In this document: positions 28,687 through 38,211 of the stretch, piece by piece
Layout of the letters: each line of letters opens with the position of its first letter
How positions within the stretch are numbered: position 1 is the stretch's first letter
DNA from: Bacillota bacterium
GTDB lineage: Bacteria; Bacillota; Clostridia; Oscillospirales; Ruminococcaceae
Direction: 5' to 3'
Assembly: GCA_023443315.1 (NCBI GenBank)
Contig: JAEZVA010000028.1
Span: forward strand, 1-64,000
Length of the DNA: 64,000 nucleotides
Notes under the pieces: generated by a model
The model's database searches: none
What the model saw: the letters and a program-made list of their open reading frames with translations, nothing else
What the model was told of the DNA's origin: nothing
Made by a program: the position numbers and the translations under genes

Positions 28687-31600
28687 CTACTTTCGCAGCA
28701 CAACGTTCGATTCCCCCAGAATATTGCCGAGTTCCTCAATCAAGGAGGGCTCCGGAGTTGTCCACATGCTTTGTGCTGCCTGCGTTAAAACGTTCTCTTT
28801 TGCGAAGTATACGTATACCGGTGTTTGCCCCGAAAAGAACTCTAGCATCGGTTGAATCCTAGCAAGGCGTTCGTCGGTTCGGGATTGCAGTTTTAGGTAT
28901 AGCCCCGGTCTGTATTTTTTCTCGGCTTGCGTTTTGCTTTGCTGTGACCGTTCGTTTTTACCATTCTGTCTGCCTGCAGAATGAATAGCCATTGCATCCT
29001 CTACCGTCTGAATGCTCTCACAGATAATCTTAGGCTCCTCCTCTTCCCGAAACGAGATTCGTCCAGTAATTACAGCAACGGAGCCCTCGTCAATAAGGTG
29101 TGTACCCGAAAGGTTTTCAATTAGATTGGGGAAAACGATGGCTTCCAAAGATGCCGTGGTGTCTTCTATCTGAATAAACGCCATCGTCTGATTATTTTTG
29201 GTGGTTTTGAGCTTCTTGCCGGTAATAATGCAGAGTAGCTTTACAATATCCCTATCCTTAAATCGATTGTCTCCCTCAGAGGCGGAGCGTACTATCAGCT
29301 CCATCTGCGAACAATGAAGTTGATTGGCAGACTCACGGTAATCGTTAAGTGGGTGACCCGAAATGAATATGCCAATCGTTTCCTTTTCGTAGCGTAAAAG
29401 GTCGGCAAGCGGGTATTCGGCTTCATCGGGGATTGGCGGTTCATAGCTTTCGTCCACCGTACCTCCCGAGAAAAGGTCAAGCTGCCCCTCCAACATACTT
29501 TTGCCTCTGGAACCGATACCCGTTAGAATATTTGAAAAGTGCTGCATCAACTGTCGTCGCTTATAGCCCAAGCTGTCAAAGGCGCCTGCCTTTATTAGGC
29601 TTTCCAGACCCCGGCGGTTTAAATCGGTGCCCTGCAATCTCTCGCAAAAGCTGTAAAACGATTTATACGAACCCTTGCGCCGACGATTCTCAAGTAAATC
29701 CCGTATAAAACCGCGCCCCAGGTTTTTGATTGCGAGCAACCCAAACCGAATACTGTCGCCCGAAACGGTAAAGCCTTCCTCGCTTTGGTTAATATCCGCG
29801 GGGAGCACAGCGATGCCGATGCGCGCACACTCGTTGATATATTCCACAACCTTGTCAGTGTTGTCAAGCACACTGGTCAAGAGCGCCGCCATATATTCCT
29901 TTGGGTAATGACATTTCAGGTATGCGGTTTGATACGCCACATAGGCGTATGCCGCAGCATGTGATTTATTAAACGCATAGGAGGCAAAGCTGCTCATCTC
30001 ATCAAAGATTTCGTTGGCTACCGCAGCCGGTACGCCGTTGCTGACCGCGCCTACGCATTCAACGCTTCCATCTTCCTTTTTTGCGCCCAATATAAAATTA
30101 CGGCGCTCTTTCTCCATTACATCCGCCTTTTTCTTGGACATTGCGCGGCGCACAAGGTCTGCCCTGCCGTACGAGTAGCCCGCAAGCTGTCTGCAAATCT
30201 GCATCACCTGCTCCTGATACACGATACAGCCGTAGGTAACCTCCAAAATTGGTTTTAGCAGCGGAGTTTTATAAGTAACCAAATCAGGGGAATGACGGTT
30301 CGCAATGTATTTGGGAATAGACTCCATCGGCCCCGGACGGTATAAGGAGATTACCGCGATTAAGTCCTCCAGACTAATCGGCTTTAGATCGGTAAGTACC
30401 CTACGCATACCGGCAGATTCAAACTGGAATACCCCTTGGGTCAACCCCTGCGATAACATCTGAAAGACCCTTTGATCATCCTCGGGTATATTACTCATGT
30501 TAAAACCGGGGGTCACGCGGCGAATCATTACTTCGCAGTCATGCACGACGGTCAAGGTGCGCAGACCGAGAAAGTCCATCTTCAGTAGCCCAAGTTCCTC
30601 GAGCGTAGTCATTGGGAACTGAGTGATAATCGCATCATCACTTTTTGTAAGTGGAACATAATCGCTAACCGGATCGCGTGTTATCACGACGCCTGCGGCA
30701 TGGGTAGAGGAATGACGAGGCATCCCTTCCACCTTGCGTGCCATGTCCAGCAGTTCCTTTATCTTTGTATCGGTTTCGTACAGTTCTTTAAGCTCAGCTA
30801 CCACCGAAAGCGCTTTGTCGAGGCTCATGTGAAGCTCAGTTGGCACTAACTTCGCCACTGTATCTACCATTTGATACGGCACAGCAAGCGCACGTCCGAC
30901 ATCACGGATGGCAGCCCGAGCCGCCATTGTGCCAAAGGTAATGATCTGAGCCACATGGTCGGCGCCGTATTTTGTAATGACATAGTCAATTACCTGCTGG
31001 CGGCGTTCATAACAAAAGTCGATGTCGAAGTCGGGCATACTGATGCGCTCGGGGTTTAAAAAGCGCTCAAACAGCAGATTGTACTTCATTGGGTCTATAC
31101 CCGTAATGCCGATGCAGTATGCGGCTAGGCTGCCTGCTCCAGAGCCCCTGCCCGGTCCAACCGGGATGCCGTTTTTGCGTGCGTGATCGATAAAATCATG
31201 CACAATCAAAAAATAGTCGACATACCCCATATTACCAATAACAGAAAGCTCGTACTCCAGACGTTTTACAACCGATTCCTCAGGGGTTTCTCCGTAATGG
31301 CGTAATAAGCCCTCGTAGCATTTCTCCCTAAAGTAGGTCAGGTTGTCCTTGCCGTCGGGAGCAACGAAAAAAGGAAGTTTAGTCACACCAAACTCAAACG
31401 AGACGTTACAACGCTCCGCGATACGGACGGTATTCTCGATTGCCTGCGGGACAAACGAAAACAGCTCGCCCATCTCATCCCCGCTTTTTATGTAGAACTC
31501 GTCGGTGCCAAACTCCAGGGTATCTTCATCCTCCACCGTATGACCAGTCTGGATACAAACCATGACATGGTGCATCTTAGAGTCTTCGCGCTCTAAGTAG

Positions 31601-32223
31601 TGTGAGTCGTTTGTCGCGACAAGACCGATACCCGTCTCTTGTGACAGGCGCACAATGTGCGGAATAATCTCCTTTTGCTCACGAATACCATGGTCCTGCA
31701 TCTCTAAAAAGTAGTTGTCCTTGCCAAATATCTCAGCATAACGCAGCGCTGTCTGTTTTGCAGCTTCGTACCCTTCATTCAAAAGCTTGCGCGGGATCTC
31801 CCCCGCAAGGCACGCAGAAAGGCAAATAAGCCCTTCGTGGTACCGTTCTAGCAGTTCTAAGTCTACACGCGGACGGTTGTAAAACCCTTCGGTAAAGCCA
31901 CGTGACACCATCTGAATCAGGTTTTTATAACCTGTGTTGTTTTTACACAGCAGCACCAGATGATAGGGGCTGGTATCGAACTGATGCACCTTGTCAAACC
32001 GTGTGCGCGGCGCAACATACACCTCACATCCGATGATGGGCTTGATGCCCTGTTTTTGCGCCTGCTTATAAAAATCGATTACCCCGTACATCACGCCGTG
32101 GTCGGTAATTGCAACCGCTGTCTGCCCAAGTTCCTTTGCACGTGCAAGTAATTTTGGAATTCGGCACGCTCCGTCAAGCAGGCTGTATTCGCTATGAACA
32201 TGCAGATGTACAAAATCCTTCAT
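28687..32223 (-). CDS. dnaE: DNA polymerase III alpha subunit (DnaE type)
   Basis: PHP domain FVHLHVHSEYSLLDG, polymerase core PDFDIDF and a C-terminal OB fold. Start at ATG 32223. Confidence 0.95.
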   Translation of the reverse strand: MKDFVHLHVHSEYSLLDGACRIPKLLARAKELGQTAVAITDHGVMYGVIDFYKQAQKQGIKPIIGCEVYVAPRTRFDKVHQFDTSPYHLVLLCKNNTGYKNLIQMVSRGFTEGFYNRPRVDLELLERYHEGLICLSACLAGEIPRKLLNEGYEAAKQTALRYAEIFGKDNYFLEMQDHGIREQKEIIPHIVRLSQETGIGLVATNDSHYLEREDSKMHHVMVCIQTGHTVEDEDTLEFGTDEFYIKSGDEMGELFSFVPQAIENTVRIAERCNVSFEFGVTKLPFFVAPDGKDNLTYFREKCYEGLLRHYGETPEESVVKRLEYELSVIGNMGYVDYFLIVHDFIDHARKNGIPVGPGRGSGAGSLAAYCIGITGIDPMKYNLLFERFLNPERISMPDFDIDFCYERRQQVIDYVITKYGADHVAQIITFGTMAARAAIRDVGRALAVPYQMVDTVAKLVPTELHMSLDKALSVVAELKELYETDTKIKELLDMARKVEGMPRHSSTHAAGVVITRDPVSDYVPLTKSDDAIITQFPMTTLEELGLLKMDFLGLRTLTVVHDCEVMIRRVTPGFNMSNIPEDDQRVFQMLSQGLTQGVFQFESAGMRRVLTDLKPISLEDLIAVISLYRPGPMESIPKYIANRHSPDLVTYKTPLLKPILEVTYGCIVYQEQVMQICRQLAGYSYGRADLVRRAMSKKKADVMEKERRNFILGAKKEDGSVECVGAVSNGVPAAVANEIFDEMSSFASYAFNKSHAAAYAYVAYQTAYLKCHYPKEYMAALLTSVLDNTDKVVEYINECARIGIAVLPADINQSEEGFTVSGDSIRFGLLAIKNLGRGFIRDLLENRRRKGSYKSFYSFCERLQGTDLNRRGLESLIKAGAFDSLGYKRRQLMQHFSNILTGIGSRGKSMLEGQLDLFSGGTVDESYEPPIPDEAEYPLADLLRYEKETIGIFISGHPLNDYRESANQLHCSQMELIVRSASEGDNRFKDRDIVKLLCIITGKKLKTTKNNQTMAFIQIEDTTASLEAIVFPNLIENLSGTHLIDEGSVAVITGRISFREEEEPKIICESIQTVEDAMAIHSAGRQNGKNERSQQSKTQAEKKYRPGLYLKLQSRTDERLARIQPMLEFFSGQTPVYVYFAKENVLTQAAQSMWTTPEPSLIEELGNILGESNVVLRK

Positions 32224-32265
32224 TCGAGATACGCCTCCTTTACGGCATTGCAAAACAAAAAATTA

Positions 32266-33207
32266 TTACTTACTAACGGCTCTTTTGGTTTTTCCAACTT
32301 TTGCCTGTGCAGCAATCTCGTTAATCTTTCGCAGGCGATGACTAACCCCAGAACGCGTTAAGGGAGGAGATGCCATCTCCCCAAGCTCACTTAATGAGCT
32401 TTCTGGATATTTCAGCCGCAGAGAGGCAATCTCTTTCAGCTCGTCCGACAGTAGGTCATACATGCCTGACCGTTTTAATGCGCGAATGTTTTTTATCTGC
32501 TGGGTTGATGCGGTAACCGTTTTTTCAATATTCGCGGTTTCACAGTTGGTTTTGCGGTTAATGTTGTTTCGCAGATCCTTAAGCACCTTAACATCCATTA
32601 GCTCTAATGTGGAGAGGGTTGCGCCCATGTATGTAATCAGGTCCTCTATCACTGCACTCTCGCGAAAGTAAAGCACATAGCTGCCTTTGCGCTGCGTCAT
32701 TTTCGCCTCAAAACCTGCCTGGGACAGAATATAGGCCAGGTTTTTGCTAAGGGTATACCGAGGTGCCACAAACTCAATGCGATAGGTCTTACCGGGATCA
32801 CTGACGTATCCGCACGCCAAAAAAGCGCCGCGTATAAAGGCACAGATCTCATCGTCGCTTTCCAGATTCGCCATGTTAACTTTAACGGAAATCTCATACA
32901 CAGAGTGCGACAGGTATGCAAGCAGCTTGTGCTTGTCTTCTACAGTTGCCGTAGAAAGCAAAAACAGCGGGTTCCCCCCGCCCAAGCTGCTCAACGTTGC
33001 GTCTATTCCGCATAATTCCATTAACAGAGCCTTTAAGCGGGTAGCAACACATTCATACTCTGTTTGGGTTAAGAGTGTATTCTGAAAAAATCCACGAGAA
33101 AACAATACAAGTCCGTACAGCAACGCTTTTTTCTGTAAAGCACTTTGCCTTGTCGGTTCGGATAGTTCGCTTTTTAGCTTGTATCCAAAGCTGTTTTGGT
33201 CTATCAT
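32266..33207 (-). CDS. whiA: DNA-binding sporulation/division regulator WhiA
   Basis: 313 aa. Degenerate LAGLIDADG-like core (RGAFLACGYVSDPGKTYRIEF) and a C-terminal HTH (LTRSGVSHRLRKI). Confidence 0.9.
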   Translation of the reverse strand: MIDQNSFGYKLKSELSEPTRQSALQKKALLYGLVLFSRGFFQNTLLTQTEYECVATRLKALLMELCGIDATLSSLGGGNPLFLLSTATVEDKHKLLAYLSHSVYEISVKVNMANLESDDEICAFIRGAFLACGYVSDPGKTYRIEFVAPRYTLSKNLAYILSQAGFEAKMTQRKGSYVLYFRESAVIEDLITYMGATLSTLELMDVKVLKDLRNNINRKTNCETANIEKTVTASTQQIKNIRALKRSGMYDLLSDELKEIASLRLKYPESSLSELGEMASPPLTRSGVSHRLRKINEIAAQAKVGKTKRAVSK

Positions 33208-33237
33208 TACCAGTTTCCCCCACTGTACCGAATGAAA

Positions 33238-34101
33238 TCACCTGTCTTTGGCGATGTCGCGATGATTTGCTATCGCGCGAACGCCTTTTTGTTCCAGCGC
33301 CGCACACACCTTTTGTGCAAAGGTTACCGACCGATGTTTACCCCCGGTACAGCCAATCGCCACAACCAGCTGGCTTTTTCCCTCATTGGTATATAGGGGC
33401 AGCGTGAATTCAAGAAAATCAATAATCCGTTTTAGGAATTCTCTTGACTCCTCAAAATTTAAAACAAAATCGGAAACATCGCGATCCAAACCGGTTTGAG
33501 GCTTGAGCTCGTCGTAATAAAAGGGATTGGGCAAGCATCGAACATCAAAAACCAGATCCGCATCGCTGGGTAGCCCGTATTTAAACCCAAAGGACATGCA
33601 GTTGACCATAATGCCCGCAGTAAGATTATCTAAGAACAGCGCGGAAAGGCGCTCTTTTAGCTGAGCGGGCGAAAGAATGGATGTATCAATCGTATAATCT
33701 GCCCTGCTCTTAATCTGCTTAAGCATGACGCGTTCTACTGCAATCGCATTTTCTATCGATGCGTTATCGTTGTCCACCAGTGGATGCTTGCGCCTTGTTT
33801 CTTTAAATCGGCGTATCAAAACATCGTCGCGGCAGTCGAGAAAAAGCACCTTATAGTTATAGCCGTTGTTTTTCATTTCATTAAGGCTATCAACCAAGCC
33901 GCTGAACATGTTGCCGCCGCGGCTGTCGGTGACGATGGCAATCTTGTTAATCTTTCCGTCAGACTGCGAGCAAAGCTCGGCAAATTTCGGGATAAGGATT
34001 GGGGGCATATTATCCGCGCAAAAAAAGCCGATGTCCTCCATCACATTGGCCGTTCTTGTTTTTCCGGCTCCCGAAAGACCTGTGATAATAACAAGCTCCA
34101 T
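33238..34101 (-). CDS. rapZ: RNase adapter / nucleotide-binding protein RapZ (YvcJ)
   Basis: Walker A GLSGAGKT and C-terminal GCTGGKHRSV. Start at ATG 34101 (alternative GTG 34110). Confidence 0.93.
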   Translation of the reverse strand: MELVIITGLSGAGKTRTANVMEDIGFFCADNMPPILIPKFAELCSQSDGKINKIAIVTDSRGGNMFSGLVDSLNEMKNNGYNYKVLFLDCRDDVLIRRFKETRRKHPLVDNDNASIENAIAVERVMLKQIKSRADYTIDTSILSPAQLKERLSALFLDNLTAGIMVNCMSFGFKYGLPSDADLVFDVRCLPNPFYYDELKPQTGLDRDVSDFVLNFEESREFLKRIIDFLEFTLPLYTNEGKSQLVVAIGCTGGKHRSVTFAQKVCAALEQKGVRAIANHRDIAKDR

Positions 34102-34122
34102 ACAATCCACCCACTTATAACA

Positions 34123-35037
34123 TCAGTTTTCGCAACGAAACAGGCGAACCTCGCATTCGAGTGCGATGCCTGTCTTTTGCAATACTTCCTTCTTAACAAG
34201 TTCAATTAAGGCTAATACATCGTCGCAGGTCGCCCCGCCCGTGTTGATTACAAAGCCCGAATGCTTGGTGCTGACCATCGCACCGCCAACACTGCAACCC
34301 TTAAGCCCACACTGCTCTATCAGTGCAGACGCATACCCGTTGGCAGGACGTTTAAAGGTGCTGCCAGCACTGGGGTATTCAAGTGGCTGTTTGGAACAAC
34401 GGCGGTTCCAAAGCTCCTGCATACGCATCTTTATTTCGCTTTTGGGCGCAGGGGTCAAGCGTAAGCGAAGCGAGGTAATACAGTAGTTCTTGTTTGAATA
34501 GGCGCTGCTTCGATAAGAAAGAGCCAGCTGATCACCCTCAAACAGTCCGATATTGCCGCTTGGATCGATGTGGCAACAGCTAAGCAGCACATCCTTCATC
34601 TCGCCGTCGTAAGCGCCCGCATTCATATAAGCGGCGCCTCCCGAACTGCCCGGAATGCCGTAGGCAAACTCCAGTCCCGAAAGACCTTCTTTGAGGGCAA
34701 ATTTACACAGCTCGGTCAACGGTGTTCCCGCCAAACACAACAGCTCGTTGCCTTCTCGCGTGATGCCAGAAAGGTTTTTGCCAATATGAATCACCACGCC
34801 GCGTATGCCGCAATCGCCAACCAAAATATTTGAGCCTTTGCCCAGTATGCAGTAGTCGATGCCACTCTTGCGTAGATACTCAATCAACGTCGCGATCTGC
34901 TGTTCGCTGCTTGGAGAAATAAATAAATCCGCAGGACCGCCGATTGCAAAGGTAGAGTGGCGGAACATCGGCTCATCCAGTAGGGCTTCACAGCCAAGGT
35001 CGTTACAGAACTTTATGAGTGATTGCTTCCATACCAT
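34123..35037 (-). CDS. murB: UDP-N-acetylenolpyruvoylglucosamine reductase
   Basis: FAD-binding FAIGGPADLF and GKGSNILV, with a MurB C-terminal domain. Start at ATG 35037 (alternative TTG 35049). Confidence 0.93.
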   Translation of the reverse strand: MVWKQSLIKFCNDLGCEALLDEPMFRHSTFAIGGPADLFISPSSEQQIATLIEYLRKSGIDYCILGKGSNILVGDCGIRGVVIHIGKNLSGITREGNELLCLAGTPLTELCKFALKEGLSGLEFAYGIPGSSGGAAYMNAGAYDGEMKDVLLSCCHIDPSGNIGLFEGDQLALSYRSSAYSNKNYCITSLRLRLTPAPKSEIKMRMQELWNRRCSKQPLEYPSAGSTFKRPANGYASALIEQCGLKGCSVGGAMVSTKHSGFVINTGGATCDDVLALIELVKKEVLQKTGIALECEVRLFRCEN

Positions 35038-35142
35038 CTTTGTAATCAACCCCGCCCGTTAAAATCTAAATCCGCCGTAAATACGTTCCAGTGAAGTTTT
35101 GTCGTGTTGCGGCATGGGTATTCAAGACGTACACAAAACAGT

Positions 35143-36102
35143 TTATGCGTACAGATTACCCAAAAATGCAGCGCCGATGATTCCGGCATCATTGCCAAGC
35201 TGCGCCGCGACAAGCTCGGTGTTTTTTATGCTGTTTTTTGTGTAGCGTTCTTTTTCAACAATTATGCGCAGAGGTGCAAGGATGGTCTCCCCTTCCTTGG
35301 AAATGCCGCCGCCGATAAACAGAATATCAGGCTGAAAGATGTTAATCATATTGATAACCCCGCAGGCAAGGTAGCTTATATACTGCGCCACAACCTGTCT
35401 CCCACTGGCAAGCCCACCACGCATCGCGTCAAAGGCGGTACGTCCGTTTACCCTTGTTATGTCATGGTCGCAATATAGCCACATGCCGTCGTTCGAGTTA
35501 TCTCTTAGATACTCCCGCGTCATAGTAATCAGACCCGTTGCCGACGAATAAGCCTCAAAGCATCCCTTTCGACCGCAGGTACATGGTCTGCCATCATATA
35601 CTATCACCGTGTGACCAAGCTCACCGCCGGCAAAGTTTGTGCCGGAGTAAATCTTCCCGTCAATGATAATTCCACCGCCCACACCAGTGCCCAAGGTGAT
35701 TCCAATGACATTCCTAACGCCCTTTGCAGCACCTGCGAGTACTTCCCCATAGGTTGCGGCGTTTGCGTCGTTTTCAATATATACACTAAGCCCCAAACGC
35801 TCCTTTATCAACCGCGTCATGTGAACGCGATGAAACTGGAGATTGTTTGAGTATTCAATCTCACCGGTATCCTGATTCACCGTACCCGGTGTACCTATGC
35901 CCACCCACTCTATCTGAGCAAGCGTAAGCCCGGCATCCGCCGCGGCAAGCCTGGTTGCCTCCGCCATATCGTCCGCTATCTCCTGCGCAGGACGGGGCGC
36001 GTTGGTCTTTTTCTTTGCTCTACCGACAATACGGTACTCTTCATCTACTATGCCTACCGCGATATTTGTACCGCCAAGGTCAATTCCCGCGTAATACTTC
36101 AT
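35143..36102 (-). CDS. ROK-family glucokinase
   Basis: GIDLGGTNIAVG ATP motif and ROK zinc motif CTCGRKGCFEAY. Start at ATG 36102 (alternative GTG 36114). Confidence 0.88.
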   Translation of the reverse strand: MKYYAGIDLGGTNIAVGIVDEEYRIVGRAKKKTNAPRPAQEIADDMAEATRLAAADAGLTLAQIEWVGIGTPGTVNQDTGEIEYSNNLQFHRVHMTRLIKERLGLSVYIENDANAATYGEVLAGAAKGVRNVIGITLGTGVGGGIIIDGKIYSGTNFAGGELGHTVIVYDGRPCTCGRKGCFEAYSSATGLITMTREYLRDNSNDGMWLYCDHDITRVNGRTAFDAMRGGLASGRQVVAQYISYLACGVINMINIFQPDILFIGGGISKEGETILAPLRIIVEKERYTKNSIKNTELVAAQLGNDAGIIGAAFLGNLYA

Positions 36103-36126
36103 ACCCGTCAGCACCGCCTTGTGTTG

Positions 36127-36897
36127 TTACTTTAAATCATGCGCTTTCAGTCCGCAGTAACGTTCCAGCGAATCAAAAAAGCGGTCTTTATCGATGTTTA
36201 GGATCAAATGCTCAGGAAAATCAATATCCGCGAGCAGATCCAGCGAGGGCTGTACACCGCCTATTTCAAGCGCTATATGTGCGTCCGCACTCACAACCAC
36301 CGGGACCTCGTACTTTTTGCACAGCTTGGCTATCTCAACACAGTTGATTGCGGCACCTTTTCGCACAGTAAACGAGTGCGCGTTAATCTCGACTATCTTG
36401 TTATACTCCTTAAACGCCTTTATGCCCCGTTCATAATCAAAGCGGAATGCCTCGGTCCCGCAGTGACCGATCACATGTACGTTTTTGTTCTTTGCCACCT
36501 CTATGTATGCCTTGGTGTACTCGTCAACACTCACTTTAATGCCCAGCGGAAAATGAAAGGAGGCAATAACCCAATCGAGCTGCTCTAAGATTCTATCCGG
36601 CAGATCGAGTCCGCCTTCGTATGAGATAATATCCGCCTCAGCACCACGTAGCATAATCGTATCATCAATCATACGGTTTACGCTTAACAGGTTTTCAAAA
36701 AACCAGATGTGCGGTCCGTCCGGCATCTGGGGGCAATGCTCCGTTATCGCTACGGCACACATCCCATTCTTTTTTGCATATGCAATGTTTTCAAGAATCG
36801 TACTGTAAGCATGACTGGATGCCACGGTATGACAATGCGTTTCTGCAATGGACTTTGCCTTTCTGATATCCAAGAATCTATCCTCCACTAGTGCCAT
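36127..36897 (-). CDS. PHP-domain phosphoesterase (YcdX-like)
   Basis: His-rich PHP motifs: ETHCHTVASSHAY, ITEHCP, VIGHCG and SADAH. Confidence 0.8.
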   Translation of the reverse strand: MALVEDRFLDIRKAKSIAETHCHTVASSHAYSTILENIAYAKKNGMCAVAITEHCPQMPDGPHIWFFENLLSVNRMIDDTIMLRGAEADIISYEGGLDLPDRILEQLDWVIASFHFPLGIKVSVDEYTKAYIEVAKNKNVHVIGHCGTEAFRFDYERGIKAFKEYNKIVEINAHSFTVRKGAAINCVEIAKLCKKYEVPVVVSADAHIALEIGGVQPSLDLLADIDFPEHLILNIDKDRFFDSLERYCGLKAHDLK

Positions 36898-36946
36898 GTA
36901 ATTGTGAATCGTTCGTCGCTGTTATCGTAGCAAAATGATAAAATAG

Positions 36947-37915
36947 TTAATATGCGTCCCAATCGTTTGTTGTTGATGTATCGGCAGGCATCATACCCAG
37001 CTTGTCGAGCAGCTCGCGCGCTGCATTGTAGCCCATCTTCTTTTGACGATTGTTCATTGCGGCAACCTCGATAATAATCGCCAGGTTGCGCCCGGGTTTC
37101 ACCGGTATGGTCAATGAAGGCAGACTAATGCCCAAAATCTCGGTATACTCGTTGTCCATTCCCATACGGTCATAAACCTTATTTTGATCCCAAAGCTCGA
37201 GCTGAATAATCATGTCCACCTTTTCGGTGACCTTAACCGAGCCCATGCCAAAGATACGGCGCGCATTGATAATGCCAATGCCGCGCAGCTCAAGAAAATG
37301 CCTAATATTTTCCGGCGACGTACCAACCAGTGTTCGATTGGATACCCGCCTTAACTCTACCGCGTCATCCGCTATCAGGCGGTGTCCGCGCTTTACAAGC
37401 TCTATGGCGGTTTCGCTTTTACCTACACCGCTCTCACCCAAAAGCAGGATTCCCTCTCCGTAAACCTCGACCAAAACACCGTGTCGGGTAATGCGCGGTG
37501 CAAGTTCTACATTTAACTTGGAGATGAGCCCAGACATAAACGACGACGTAGAATCTGCCGTACGCAAGACCGGCACGCTGTACTCCTTGGCATATTCCGA
37601 AATCTCAGGGAACAGGTCAAGGTCCCGTGCAACAATGACGGCTGCGGGCTTTTCCGCAAAAAAGGTGTTTAAACTATCCTTACGCTGCTCTTCAGCGATA
37701 GATGAGAGAAACCCAAACTCGGCCAAACCGAGAATCTGAATTCTTTGGTTATCAAAATACTCATGAAAACCCGAAAAATACAGTCCCGGGCGATTGACCT
37801 CACTGCTGGAAATCAAAATCTGTGAGGACTCAATGGGCAGAAAGATTTCCTCCAGTTTAAATTCGTCAATCAGTTTAGAAAGCGCAACCGTAAACATCGT
37901 TGACATGTTGTTCAC
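36947..37915 (-). CDS. hprK: HPr kinase/phosphorylase
   Basis: P-loop GESGVGKSETAIEL and signature LELRGIGIIN. Start at GTG 37915 with GGAG 5 nt upstream (alternative ATG 37906). Confidence 0.94.
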   Translation of the reverse strand: MNNMSTMFTVALSKLIDEFKLEEIFLPIESSQILISSSEVNRPGLYFSGFHEYFDNQRIQILGLAEFGFLSSIAEEQRKDSLNTFFAEKPAAVIVARDLDLFPEISEYAKEYSVPVLRTADSTSSFMSGLISKLNVELAPRITRHGVLVEVYGEGILLLGESGVGKSETAIELVKRGHRLIADDAVELRRVSNRTLVGTSPENIRHFLELRGIGIINARRIFGMGSVKVTEKVDMIIQLELWDQNKVYDRMGMDNEYTEILGISLPSLTIPVKPGRNLAIIIEVAAMNNRQKKMGYNAARELLDKLGMMPADTSTTNDWDAY

Positions 37916-38137
37916 CGTTTCTCCGACAATAATTAATATAATCCAGATGTTCTTAATTGTCTGCTGTCTTGAAAAGACCTGTTACTTACCGTTTGCTTCA
38001 CAAGTTCATACTTATAGATCGTACTGTCTTTGCAACCGTTGTCGGTCAAGTTGCAAAAGATTATCAGTCACTGCGGTTTTAGGGTAAGGGCACAGGTTTC
38101 TTTCTATTCGGCATTCTTATGCAAAATATCCGATTTC

Positions 38138-38166
38138 ATTATATCGTAACCGCACATTTGTTTCAA
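38138..38166 (-). promoter_or_regulatory. Sigma-A-type promoter upstream of hprK
   Basis: Minus strand: TTGAAA (38166-38161), a 17-nt spacer, then TATAAT (38143-38138). It implies a leader of about 215 nt. Confidence 0.6.
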
Positions 38167-38211
38167 TTGTTTTTACTAAAACTAAGTGCACAGCGTTTGA
38201 AGTTATTTGAC

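Noticed and set aside
37946-38087. A Cys-rich 46-codon plus-strand frame (MFLIVCCLEKTCYLPF...CLCNRCRSSCKRLS) in the hprK upstream region.
   Set aside because: There is no Shine-Dalgarno and no credible plus-strand promoter. The longer parent ORF overlaps the hprK 5' end antisense. Cys/Arg/Ser richness is what random antisense translation gives here.
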